Of a stretch of 60,019 bases of DNA, positions 21,214 through 29,702 are shown piece after piece. Within the stretch, counting starts at the first letter, position 1. Every line of letters begins with the position of its first letter. Under the pieces are notes generated by a model. It did no database searches and had not been told where the DNA came from. It saw only the letters and a program-made list of their open reading frames with translations. Origin of the DNA: Bacteroidales bacterium (GTDB lineage Bacteria > Bacteroidota > Bacteroidia > Bacteroidales > VadinHA17); NCBI GenBank assembly GCA_012517605.1, contig JAAYUS010000150.1, positions 1-60,019 on the forward strand. The letters run 5' to 3'. The position numbers and the translations under genes are program-made.

Positions 21214-22277
21214 AAAAGAGCAATGCATTGATATTCCTTCTTTTAATTAATGCCGTCCTTTCAGCCCAGGATCTGTATCAAGGTGAAGGATGCATTCTTA
21301 AATCCGAATTCATCTATCAGCCCGGGGATGTCAGGTTCCCAAGCTGCCACGCCTCAACAATAGCTCAGATTGACGGAGGCTATATTTCCGCATGGTTTGG
21401 CGGGACAGCAGAGAAAAATCCTGATGTAGGGATCTGGATCAGCAGATATTCGGATGGCAAGTGGAGCAAGCCGGAAGAAGCAGCAAACGGTGTCAGGCAG
21501 GACAAACGTTATCCTTGCTGGAATCCTGTACTTTATAACAGCGGAGATGAGATAATTCTTTTCTACAAGGTTGGGCCAAGTCCATCAACATGGTGGGGAG
21601 AACTTATCACATCAGGCGATAAAGGGTTGTCGTGGTCGGCTTCCAGAAGACTGCCTGAAGGGATAATCGGGCCTGTCAAAAACAAGCCTGTTTTGCTGAA
21701 TAACGGAATTCTCCTCTGTCCTTCAAGCACTGAGGATCAGGGGTGGAGGATACATATGGAGATGACTCCTGACAACGGGATTTCGTGGGAAAGGACGGAA
21801 GCGCTTAATGACAGTAGCATCTCGGCAATACAGCCTTCGGTTCTGATGCATCCGCATGGGAAGATACAATTGCTATGCCGTACCAGACAGGGAAAGATTT
21901 TCACCTCATGGTCGGAAGATAACGGCGCCCACTGGACCGGGCTGAAACCTGCAGAACTTCCAAATCCAAATTCAGGTATTGATGCAGTCACGCTTAAGGA
22001 CGGCAGGCATATAATTGTATATAACCATCTCACGGCTGGCCGTTACATGCTGAATGTTGCAGTTTCGGATGATGGTATAGACTGGGAAGCCGCAGCACTT
22101 CTTGAAAATGATGAGAAGGGATCTGAATACTCATATCCCGCCGTTATACAATCATCAGACGGCATGGTACATATTACCTATACCTGGAACAGAAAGCTTA
22201 TTAAGCACATTATCCTTGATCCGAACCTGATTAAAGCTGTCAGATTCGAAAACGGAGCCTGGCCTACAGTGAAATAA
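21210..22277 (+). CDS. BNR-repeat sialidase-fold protein (BNR_2)
   Basis: Signal peptide; SCHASTI, WFGGTAE, GPVKNKP, Asp-boxes (SGDKGLSW, SEDNGAHW, SDDGIDW), PNPNSG, YSYP. Confidence 0.8.
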   Translation: MKKSNALIFLLLINAVLSAQDLYQGEGCILKSEFIYQPGDVRFPSCHASTIAQIDGGYISAWFGGTAEKNPDVGIWISRYSDGKWSKPEEAANGVRQDKRYPCWNPVLYNSGDEIILFYKVGPSPSTWWGELITSGDKGLSWSASRRLPEGIIGPVKNKPVLLNNGILLCPSSTEDQGWRIHMEMTPDNGISWERTEALNDSSISAIQPSVLMHPHGKIQLLCRTRQGKIFTSWSEDNGAHWTGLKPAELPNPNSGIDAVTLKDGRHIIVYNHLTAGRYMLNVAVSDDGIDWEAAALLENDEKGSEYSYPAVIQSSDGMVHITYTWNRKLIKHIILDPNLIKAVRFENGAWPTVK

Positions 22278-22283
22278 TGGGGA

Positions 22284-23531
22284 TCACTTTCCTGCAAGAG
22301 GCAGAATCAGGAGAACAATTGAGAGTATTACCAATGCTCCTACTGCTCCCCAGCCTATAATATTCTGGTACAGTTTGTTCGTATAATCGCCCATTATTTT
22401 CTTATTATTAATAAGGAATATCATGCTGACAAGAACAACAGGAAGCAATATGCCGTTCAGTACCTGCGACCAGATTGATATATCTATCAGAGGGGCATTG
22501 GGTATCAGAATTATGATCGCCGAAAGGACGACGATGCCGGTGTAAAGCACATAGAATTCTCTTGCTTCGTCCCAGCTCTTATCTATCCCCGCTTCAAAAC
22601 CAAAAGCTTCACAGACATAAAATGCAGTGGCAAGAGGAAGTATGGTGGCAGAAAAGATTGAAGCCACAAAAAGACCGAAAGCGAAAACATGGGATGCCAG
22701 CCTGCCTGCAAGAGGCTCCAGCGACAGTGCTGCGTCCTTGGCTTCAGAAATCTCTATACCGTTAGGATAAAGTGTAGAGCCGCAGGCCACCATGATAAAA
22801 AATGCAACCACAACAGTAACAATACACCCTATTATTATATCGAGAACAGTGAATTTGTAGCTTTTCATTTCCAGTCCTTTTTCAATAACAGACGACTGCA
22901 TGTAGAACTGCATCCATGGTGCTATTGTAGTACCGACGAGTGCTATAATGACTGTGAGGCTTTGAGTATTTAGTTCAATACCGGGGCGGATGATTGCCGT
23001 TCCGATCTCTCCCCAGTCAGGTTTGGCCATTAAAGCCGATATGACATATGTTAGAAGGGAAGCGCTGAAAATAAGAAAAATCCGTTCTGCTATCTGGTAG
23101 GTTCCCTTAACTACAAGGAACCAGACAATGAAAGCGGCGAGAGGTACTGAAATATATTTGCTTACACCGAAGATTTCCATGCTTCCTGCAACTCCCGCAA
23201 ATTCAGTTGTTGTATTCCCTATATTTGAAAGAAGAAGGCCGATAAAAATAAAGAAGGTAACTTTTACCCCGGCATTTTCCCTTATCAGATCAGAAAGTCC
23301 TTTTCCTGTTACTATTCCCATCCTTGCATTCATCTCCTGGATGACAAGAAGAACAAGCAATGATGGTATCAGGGTCCAGATCATCCCGTAGCCGTACATG
23401 GCTCCGGCAACGGAATAAGTCGTAATTCCTCCTGCATCATTGTCAACACTTCCGGTTATTATTCCGGGTCCCAGGAGAGCAAAAAATATTGCTAAGTTCT
23501 TATAAAATCTTGTTTTTGAAAACCTGGTCAT
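22284..23531 (-). CDS. NRAMP-related (NRMT/NrmT-type) divalent cation, probably Mg2+, transporter
   Basis: SLC11 fold; TM1 DNDAGG instead of DPGN and TM6 GTTIAPWM instead of GATIMPH; ATG at 23531 preferred over the upstream TTG. Confidence 0.8.
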   Translation of the reverse strand: MTRFSKTRFYKNLAIFFALLGPGIITGSVDNDAGGITTYSVAGAMYGYGMIWTLIPSLLVLLVIQEMNARMGIVTGKGLSDLIRENAGVKVTFFIFIGLLLSNIGNTTTEFAGVAGSMEIFGVSKYISVPLAAFIVWFLVVKGTYQIAERIFLIFSASLLTYVISALMAKPDWGEIGTAIIRPGIELNTQSLTVIIALVGTTIAPWMQFYMQSSVIEKGLEMKSYKFTVLDIIIGCIVTVVVAFFIMVACGSTLYPNGIEISEAKDAALSLEPLAGRLASHVFAFGLFVASIFSATILPLATAFYVCEAFGFEAGIDKSWDEAREFYVLYTGIVVLSAIIILIPNAPLIDISIWSQVLNGILLPVVLVSMIFLINNKKIMGDYTNKLYQNIIGWGAVGALVILSIVLLILPLAGK

Positions 23532-23548
23532 TGGCAACTATTCTGAAA

Positions 23549-24823
23549 TTATCGCTTATTAGTTCTTCTTTTGTTTATAAGGTCTTCGATAACATCGTCA
23601 ACCACAACCATTCCCTGCAGGAGTTTTTCCTGGTCGACAACGGGTACCGCCAGAAGGTTATATTTTGAAATGGTTTCTGCAATATCATCGATCCTCTGAT
23701 CATCGTAAAGGTATACGGGATCAGATCTCATTATGGTTTTTACAGTCGTTTCCGGTTCTGCAACAACAAGATCGCGTAGGTCGAATGTACCGACCAGTTT
23801 ATCATTCTCCTCGGTAACAAACAGGGTATACAGTTCTGCAGGTTCGGGCTTTTTGTTTCTCAGTTCCTTAATAATGTAATCCACAGTAACTTCAGGTCTG
23901 AAGGATATCACATCAGTTGTCATCAGTCCGCCGGCAGAATTGTCGGGATATTCAAGAAGTTCCCTTACCTCCTGCGATGACTCGCTGTCCATTTCCTTAA
24001 GCAGCATTTCAGCTTTTTCATCTTCTATTTCATCGAGTATGTCGGCCACCTCATCAGCAGGCATTTTTTCAAGCACATCAGCTACTTTGTTTACAGGCAG
24101 GCTTTCGATTATATGGATCTGTCTCTGGGTTTCCATTTCCTCAAGTACGTCGGCAGCCTTTTCTTCATCAAGAGCAGAGAAAACCGAGGTGCTTGTTTTT
24201 TTCCCAAGGTCCTCGAGGATGTCGGCGATATCGGAAGGGTGGAGAGTATGAAGCTTTGAGTAACTTTTCGACAGTTTGATATTGCGATTTGAAAAATCTA
24301 TTGCCTCCATATCGTCCCACAAAATGAATTTTGAAGGAATTTTTACTCCTGCAAGATCGAGGATCCTTTTTATCGGAGCAAGAATGCCGATCCTCCTGAG
24401 AAGGCCCTCAATGCCAATATCAACAGCCACGGCAAATGTACCTGTAGGGAGGGTAGCAAGTCTTACATCATTCACCCTGACAAGTTTTCTGCCGTTCAGG
24501 TCAACAATCTGCTTGTCGAGCATATTTTCCACAAGCAATAAACCGTTTGCAACATCATCAGGATTCATTTCAATAAGTTCAGTGCAGTTTACATTCAGCA
24601 TTTCGCGGGCTTTTACAACCCTGAAGGTTGAAAATGAATAGAATCCGGTAAGCTTTCCGATCTTCAGCTTTACCCCTGTTACAAGCTGCTGGCTTGGATC
24701 ATTGAGTCCCGAAGGAGCATTGTTTATGAGCAGATCCTTTATGAATCCAATTGCATCACCGTCGGCACCGAATACCTCCTTGCCGATTATTCCGCTTAAA
24801 TAAAATGTTGTGAGTGATGTCAT
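23549..24823 (-). CDS. Soluble MgtE N-terminal domain + CBS-pair protein lacking the TM domain
   Basis: LDKQIVDLNGRKLVRVND, LHPSDIADILE, acidic helical repeats, YPDNSAGGLMTTD, KYNLLAVPVVD; ATG at 24823 follows GGAAGGAGGTG. Confidence 0.85.
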   Translation of the reverse strand: MTSLTTFYLSGIIGKEVFGADGDAIGFIKDLLINNAPSGLNDPSQQLVTGVKLKIGKLTGFYSFSTFRVVKAREMLNVNCTELIEMNPDDVANGLLLVENMLDKQIVDLNGRKLVRVNDVRLATLPTGTFAVAVDIGIEGLLRRIGILAPIKRILDLAGVKIPSKFILWDDMEAIDFSNRNIKLSKSYSKLHTLHPSDIADILEDLGKKTSTSVFSALDEEKAADVLEEMETQRQIHIIESLPVNKVADVLEKMPADEVADILDEIEDEKAEMLLKEMDSESSQEVRELLEYPDNSAGGLMTTDVISFRPEVTVDYIIKELRNKKPEPAELYTLFVTEENDKLVGTFDLRDLVVAEPETTVKTIMRSDPVYLYDDQRIDDIAETISKYNLLAVPVVDQEKLLQGMVVVDDVIEDLINKRRTNKR

Positions 24824-24886
24824 AGTCACCTCCTTCCAGTTTCTGATATTCAAGGAAGCGACCGGATGAACAGGCTGCTTCCCTTA
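24824..24886 (-). promoter_or_regulatory. Putative translational attenuator with mutually exclusive helices (anti-SD vs anti-anti-SD)
   Basis: GGUCGCUUCCUU (24863-24852) pairs 12/12 with AAGGAGGUGACU (24835-24824) or 11/12 with AGGGAAGCAGCC (24884-24873), counting G-U pairs. Confidence 0.6.
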
Positions 24887-24928
24887 AACCAGGTTATTAA
24901 TTAATAAACTCGCAGGGCCGTCGTCCAT
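24884..24928 (-). CDS. Putative 14-aa leader peptide MDDGPASLLINNLV
   Basis: ATG at 24928, TAA at 24886-24884; lies between a candidate promoter (TTTG 24987-24984, TACTTTTA about 24963-24956) and the attenuator helices. Confidence 0.5.
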   Translation of the reverse strand: MDDGPASLLINNLV

Positions 24929-25238
24929 ATCGAATGAAAAATTGATTTTGCGGCGTAAAAGTAAATTTCGCGGCAATAAAATCCAAATAAAAAATGATTA
25001 AAGTGATGTTGAAAACTTACCATTTTTAAATGTTTATAATCCCTCAATAAAATAAGTACTTAATGTACCCGGAGGACTTAGATCACCTGGATTAACCTGA
25101 GTGAGTTTAATGAAAAGAAGGATGGCATTTAATGTTCACTGTCGGCAGGGTTATGTGCAATGCTTAAAGGAGGCTGAAGGTAATAAGCAAATATTTGATA
25201 ATTTTACGCTCAGCATTTTACGCTAAAAAATTATCCTG

Positions 25239-26747
25239 ATGCAGGATCTAGAGAGATATTTCGAAAAATTCCGGAAGAACATAGTCGGCATTGATGCTGA
25301 AATTACCACTCCGTATGGAAAGAAGAAACTTGTGTATGCCGACTGGATTGCAAGCGGAAGGTTATACAGGACAATTGAAAAAAGGATTTCAGACGACATA
25401 GGTCCTCTTGTTGGCAACACTCATTCCGAATCGTCGGCTACCGGAAAGGCGATGACAGCAGCATATCATCTGGCCCAGAAGGCCGTCAAGAGGCATATCA
25501 ACGCAAATAAGGATGATGTTCTGATATTTACAGGTGCCGGGATGACGTCTGCTATTGCCAAGCTTCAGAGGATACTGGGGTTGAAGGTACCTGAGCAGGC
25601 AGTTAACTATTGCGTTTTCAGTCATGGCGAATACAACGCCTGCAGGGAGATCCCGAATGAGAATCGTCCAGTGGTTTTTTTGACACATGCCGAGCATCAT
25701 TCAAATCATACAAGCTGGTTTGAGACGCTTGCTGAGGTGGTTGTTCTTGAACCTGGTGCTGATCTTAAGGTTGATCCTGATGCACTCAGACGGCAGATAA
25801 CCAATTTCAGGGGTCGTCCGCTTCTGTTAGGCTCCTTTACAGCGTGTTCCAATGTAACTGGTTACATGCCTCCGTATTATGAGCTTGCCAGGATCATGCA
25901 TGAGAACAATGGTTATTGTTTTGTCGATTTTGCAGCTTCGGCTCCTTATGTTGATATTGATATGCATCCGGCTGATCCGATGGAACAGCTTGATGCCGTA
26001 TTTTTCTCTCCGCATAAATTTCTTGGAGGTCCCGGAAGCGCGGGAGTACTTGTTTTCAACAGGCAGCTTTACAAGAATGAAACTCCTGATACGCCCGGCG
26101 GAGGAACAGTTAAGTGGACAAACAGGTGGGGAGGGTACAGTTATTTTTCAGATATTGAAGTCAAGGAAGATGGCGGTACTCCGGGATTTCTTCAGGGCAT
26201 CAGGGCGGCGCTGGCTGTAAGGCTAAAGGAGGAGATGGGGACTGAGAATATCCAGAGGAGGGAAAAGGAGCTTATAGATATTGTTTTCCGTGAACTTTCG
26301 AAAGTCAGGGGTCTCCATATTCTTGCTGACAATATAAATGAGCGGCTTGGTGTATTTTCCTTTTACGTTGATAAAATACACCATAATCTGGTCACGAAGC
26401 TGCTCAATGACAGGTTTGGAATTCAGGTCAGGGGCGGATGTTCTTGTGCCGGTACCTACGGGCATTTTCTGCTGAATGTAGATTTCCGTCTGTCGAAGGA
26501 GATCACCGACAGGATAGAAGCCGGCGACCTTTCGATGAAGCCCGGATGGATCCGGTTATCGCTGCATCCCACGATGACGGTTGATGAACTTCATTTTATC
26601 ATTGAATCGATAAAGGAGGTTGTGGAAAACGCTGAAGAATGGAGCAGGGATTACATTTACAACAAGCATACAAATGAATTTCATCACCTCAGCGAAGGGG
26701 AAGAGGGGTTTCTGGATGTTTCGGACTGGTTCAGTGTTGGTGAATAA
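25239..26747 (+). CDS. Class V PLP-dependent aminotransferase, cysteine desulfurase/selenocysteine lyase-like
   Basis: YADWIASG, EHHSN, SNVTG, DFAASAPY, SPHKFLGG (PLP lysine), RGGCSCAG. Confidence 0.85.
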   Translation: MQDLERYFEKFRKNIVGIDAEITTPYGKKKLVYADWIASGRLYRTIEKRISDDIGPLVGNTHSESSATGKAMTAAYHLAQKAVKRHINANKDDVLIFTGAGMTSAIAKLQRILGLKVPEQAVNYCVFSHGEYNACREIPNENRPVVFLTHAEHHSNHTSWFETLAEVVVLEPGADLKVDPDALRRQITNFRGRPLLLGSFTACSNVTGYMPPYYELARIMHENNGYCFVDFAASAPYVDIDMHPADPMEQLDAVFFSPHKFLGGPGSAGVLVFNRQLYKNETPDTPGGGTVKWTNRWGGYSYFSDIEVKEDGGTPGFLQGIRAALAVRLKEEMGTENIQRREKELIDIVFRELSKVRGLHILADNINERLGVFSFYVDKIHHNLVTKLLNDRFGIQVRGGCSCAGTYGHFLLNVDFRLSKEITDRIEAGDLSMKPGWIRLSLHPTMTVDELHFIIESIKEVVENAEEWSRDYIYNKHTNEFHHLSEGEEGFLDVSDWFSVGE

Positions 26748-26771
26748 AATCAAGGAAGAATAATGTTATAT

Positions 26772-26804
26772 TTTGAACATCATAAAACAATATTTGTAAT
26801 TTTG
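26772..26804 (+). promoter_or_regulatory. Bacteroidota sigma-A promoter of the tRNA gene
   Basis: TTTG (26772-26775), 21-nt spacer, TAATTTTG (26797-26804). Confidence 0.65.
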
Positions 26805-26818
26805 GGGGCGAAAATTAC

Positions 26819-26891
26819 CGGCCCGTAGCTCAGCTGGCAGAGCACGTGACTCTTAATCATGGGGTCGAGGGTTCGATTCCCTCCGGGCCGA
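26819..26891 (+). tRNA. tRNA-Lys (anticodon CTT)
   Basis: Acceptor stem CGGCCCG/CGGGCCG, D-arm GCTC/GAGC, anticodon arm CGTGA-CTCTTAA-TCATG, T-loop GTTCGATTC; CCA not encoded. Confidence 0.95.
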
Positions 26892-26907
26892 CTTAGGAAA
26901 GAGTGAG

Positions 26908-26935
26908 AGTGAGAGTGGTCATCTCACTTTTTTTT
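26908..26935 (+). terminator. Intrinsic terminator after tRNA-Lys
   Basis: AGTGAGA-GTGGTCA-TCTCACT followed by a T run. Confidence 0.7.
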
Positions 26936-27261
26936 ATTGATAAGTTTTTATCTCATGGTTGAATCGTTGACCAGATTGATTATTCAGGAACAAGCCCGGA
27001 AGAACACATTTAATTTTCAGGAATTTAAAATAGTTAATTTTCAGTCATTTTGCTGCCATCCAGTTTAAGAATAGATTATTTCTGTCAGATCAACTGGTTT
27101 TTGGGACCGAGGTCCGGCTCCGGAACAGTTGTGGACCGTGATGCAATTACCAGTTCATTTACACAAAGCTAATGACACTCTATCAGTTTGTGGTTTGTTA
27201 ATGGGGTTTCATTTTCTGTTAAGACGCGTTTGTAATTTATACTCTTTCTTAATAGATATTT

Positions 27262-27346
27262 ATTCTCTTCTAATTTATTTTATCTTTTAATATAATTTTT
27301 CTTTTAATATACTTTATCTTTTAATTTAATTTATCTTTTACGCTTT
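27262..27346. repeat. AT-rich tandem repeat, 17-bp period, 4-5 degenerate copies
   Basis: Units start at 27279 TTTATCTTTTAATATAA, 27296 TTTTTCTTTTAATATAC, 27313 TTTATCTTTTAATTTAA, 27330 TTTATCTTTTACGCTTT; a degenerate unit starts at 27262. Confidence 0.65.
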
Positions 27347-27843
27347 TATCTCTTCTGCAGTGTAATATTATTTATATTATAATATTATATTGTAATTATT
27401 CTCTTTTAATAATATATCTCCCTTAATATTTTATTGCTTTTAAATATTATTCTTAAATAATATTTTCTATCTTTACACTTCATTTCATTTATAATAGTTG
27501 ATATAATATAATTTATTATTCCTTTCAATATATGGTAGCATTTGATAAATATATTCTTCTGCTAATTAGTCATATATAAAATTTATTCACCTAAACTAAC
27601 AATACTCCTTTAATCATTAAACTCTTCAAAATACACTTCTTTTCTGATCCATATTGATTCCTCAAACTTCATATCATATGAAACCCATTCTCTTTTCAGT
27701 AATATTATCCGATAATAATTAATGCCTGGAAATCCGAAAAATCATCCAACATTTACTTTCCAATGTCAGGATCTTTTATTACCTTTTATCTCCTGGTTTC
27801 TGATCTGTTCCTAATATTTTAATTACCACTTAATCACAACAAT

Positions 27844-28302
27844 ATGGTAAACAAAACCGCTATCAGGATCCTCACCGAAAAAGGACTCAGAATAACCCCA
27901 CAGCGCATAGCAGTCCTCGATATTATCCTTAACCTTAACAACCACCCAGCCGCCGAGGAAATCTCGGAATATATGAGAATCAGCTACCCCCACGTTCCTA
28001 TAGGAACTGTTTATAAAATACTAGATGCTTTTATCGAAAAGGGTATCGTCACAAGAGTTAAAACCGAAAACGACGTCATTCGTTATGACCCCGTACCTGA
28101 AAAACACCATCACCTGTATTGCACTGACTCTGAATTGATTGAAGACTATTTCGACAATGATCTCAATAAACTGCTCGAGGATTATTTCAAAAAGAAACAA
28201 ATACCTGACTTCCAGATCCAGGATGTCAGACTCCAGATAATCGGAAAATACATAAAAGAACCTTCAGAAGTAAAAACCGTGAAACCAACCAATGACTGCT
28301 GA
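27844..28302 (+). CDS. Fur-family transcriptional regulator, PerR-like
   Basis: GLRITPQRIAVL, HPAAEEI, GTVYKIL, RYD, HHHLYC; upstream of peroxide-stress genes. Confidence 0.85.
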   Translation: MVNKTAIRILTEKGLRITPQRIAVLDIILNLNNHPAAEEISEYMRISYPHVPIGTVYKILDAFIEKGIVTRVKTENDVIRYDPVPEKHHHLYCTDSELIEDYFDNDLNKLLEDYFKKKQIPDFQIQDVRLQIIGKYIKEPSEVKTVKPTNDC

Positions 28303-28348
28303 AAAGACATATTCACTTACATCATATTAACCTTAATAACTAAAAACT

Positions 28349-28849
28349 ATGGGACAAAAAGGAAGAGAAATCGTCAAAATGAACGTCGACGAACTTATTG
28401 ACCTTCTAAACAAAGCACTGGCCGACGAGTGGCTTGCATATTATCAATACTGGATTGGGGCAAAAGTCGTAAAAGGCCCTATGAAAGATGCGGTTATTGC
28501 CGAACTTACCCTCCATGCCACCGAAGAGCTAAGCCATGCCGAACTTATTGCAACCAGAATAATCCAACTCGGGGGAACTCCCGTTCTGTCGCCGGCAGAA
28601 TGGCTAAGAATCACCGGATGTGGATATGACGCCCCCACAGATCATTATGTTGAGGAAATCCTGAACCAGAATATTAAGGGTGAACAATGCGCTATCCGCG
28701 TTTATAATTCGCTTCTTGACCTGACACGCGAAGGAGATCCTGTATCCTATAATATGATCCTCACAATCCTTTCACAGGAAGTGGAACATGAAGAGGATCT
28801 TCAGGCCCTTAAGGAAGACATCGATCTGATGCTGATGAAAAGACAATAA
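28349..28849 (+). CDS. DPS-like (DPSL) ferritin-superfamily protein
   Basis: ADEWLAYYQYW, EELSHA, RIIQLGG, GEQCAI, EVEHEEDL, with the two Cys typical of DPSL. Confidence 0.85.
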   Translation: MGQKGREIVKMNVDELIDLLNKALADEWLAYYQYWIGAKVVKGPMKDAVIAELTLHATEELSHAELIATRIIQLGGTPVLSPAEWLRITGCGYDAPTDHYVEEILNQNIKGEQCAIRVYNSLLDLTREGDPVSYNMILTILSQEVEHEEDLQALKEDIDLMLMKRQ

Positions 28850-28883
28850 AACACTCATTTCAAACAATCTAATAAACACTATC

Positions 28884-29588
28884 ATGGAAGAAAAAACTTA
28901 CTCAATGCCGCGTATCGGCGACAAAGCACCTGAATTCAAAGCTGTAACAACACAGGGAAACATAAACTTCCCTGCTGATTATTCCGGATCATGGGTTATC
29001 CTGTTCAGCCATCCCGCCGATTTTACACCGGTGTGCACATCGGAATTCATAACATTCGCAAGCCTGGAAAAGAAATTCAACGAAGCCAACTGCAAACTGG
29101 TAGGACTTTCCGTTGACGGCCTCTACAGCCATATCGCATGGCTGAGGACAATCAAGGAGAAAATTGAATATAAAGGCATGAAAAATGTCGAGGTCAACTT
29201 CCCTCTTATAGAGGATATCACAATGGAAGTAGCCAAAACATACGGTATGCTCCAACCAGGTGAAAGCTCCACAAAAGCTGTAAGAGCAGTGTTCTTCATC
29301 GATCCGAAAGGGATCATCCGTACGATTATTTACTATCCTCTCAGCCTCGGCCGTAATTTCGACGAACTTTACAGGGTGCTGATTGGCCTCCAGACCGCTG
29401 ATGCATTTTCAGTGGCCCTCCCTGCCGACTGGCGCCCGGGTGACGACGTTATAGTCCCGACTGCAGGCTCATGCGGTGTGGCAAAGGAAAGAATGGAAAA
29501 CAAGACCGAAATGAAATGTTACGACTGGTTCTTCTGCACTAAAAAACTGGATAAGGAGGATGTATTTAAAACAGTACTGAAGAAATAA
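28884..29588 (+). CDS. Peroxiredoxin (Prx6 subfamily)
   Basis: FSHPADFTPVCTSE, VRAVFFIDP, GRNFDE, C-terminal CYDWFFC. Confidence 0.95.
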   Translation: MEEKTYSMPRIGDKAPEFKAVTTQGNINFPADYSGSWVILFSHPADFTPVCTSEFITFASLEKKFNEANCKLVGLSVDGLYSHIAWLRTIKEKIEYKGMKNVEVNFPLIEDITMEVAKTYGMLQPGESSTKAVRAVFFIDPKGIIRTIIYYPLSLGRNFDELYRVLIGLQTADAFSVALPADWRPGDDVIVPTAGSCGVAKERMENKTEMKCYDWFFCTKKLDKEDVFKTVLKK

Positions 29589-29617
29589 ACAATTTCTTAA
29601 CCAATTTATCTGTAATC

Positions 29618-29684
29618 CTGTATTTTACCTGATATGCCGGATGCGAAAGCATTAATTCCCCATCCGGCATTCCGGTAAATACAG
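29618..29684. other. Long intergenic inverted repeat (stem-loop)
   Basis: CTGTATTTTACC...ATGCCGGATG / CATCCGGCAT...GGTAAATACAG. Confidence 0.65.
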
Positions 29685-29702
29685 AAAAACAGATTTGTAA
29701 TT

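Noticed and set aside
24824-24853. N-terminal extension MNIRNWKEVT of the MgtE-like ORF from TTG 24853
   Set aside because: The ATG at 24823 follows a strong SD; the extension is better read as leader RNA
24824-24960. M-box (ykoK), fluoride, yybP-ykoY or NiCo riboswitch in the Mg2+ operon leader
   Set aside because: I could not find their conserved sequence features, and the leader is short for an M-box plus expression platform; an Rfam scan is still needed
26955-27068. 37-aa ORF MVESLTRLIIQEQ...CCHPV after the tRNA terminator
   Set aside because: No supporting promoter, motif or coding signal
27377-27390. Per box-like TTATAATATTATAT
   Set aside because: Spacing is 7-0-7 rather than 7-1-7, it lies ~450 bp from the regulator gene, and it is expected by chance in >80% AT DNA
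27241-27720. oriC with a DNA-unwinding element
   Set aside because: No TTATCCACA DnaA boxes seen, no dnaA/gidA context, and the skew polarity is opposite to that expected at an origin
26892-27843. Integrative element or prophage at tRNA-Lys
   Set aside because: No integrase, no duplicated tRNA 3' end seen elsewhere in the window, no cargo ORFs
29634-29644. Similarity of TGCCGGATGCG to the E. coli REP left arm
   Set aside because: Short match in a CCGG-rich genome; no other REP features or copies seen
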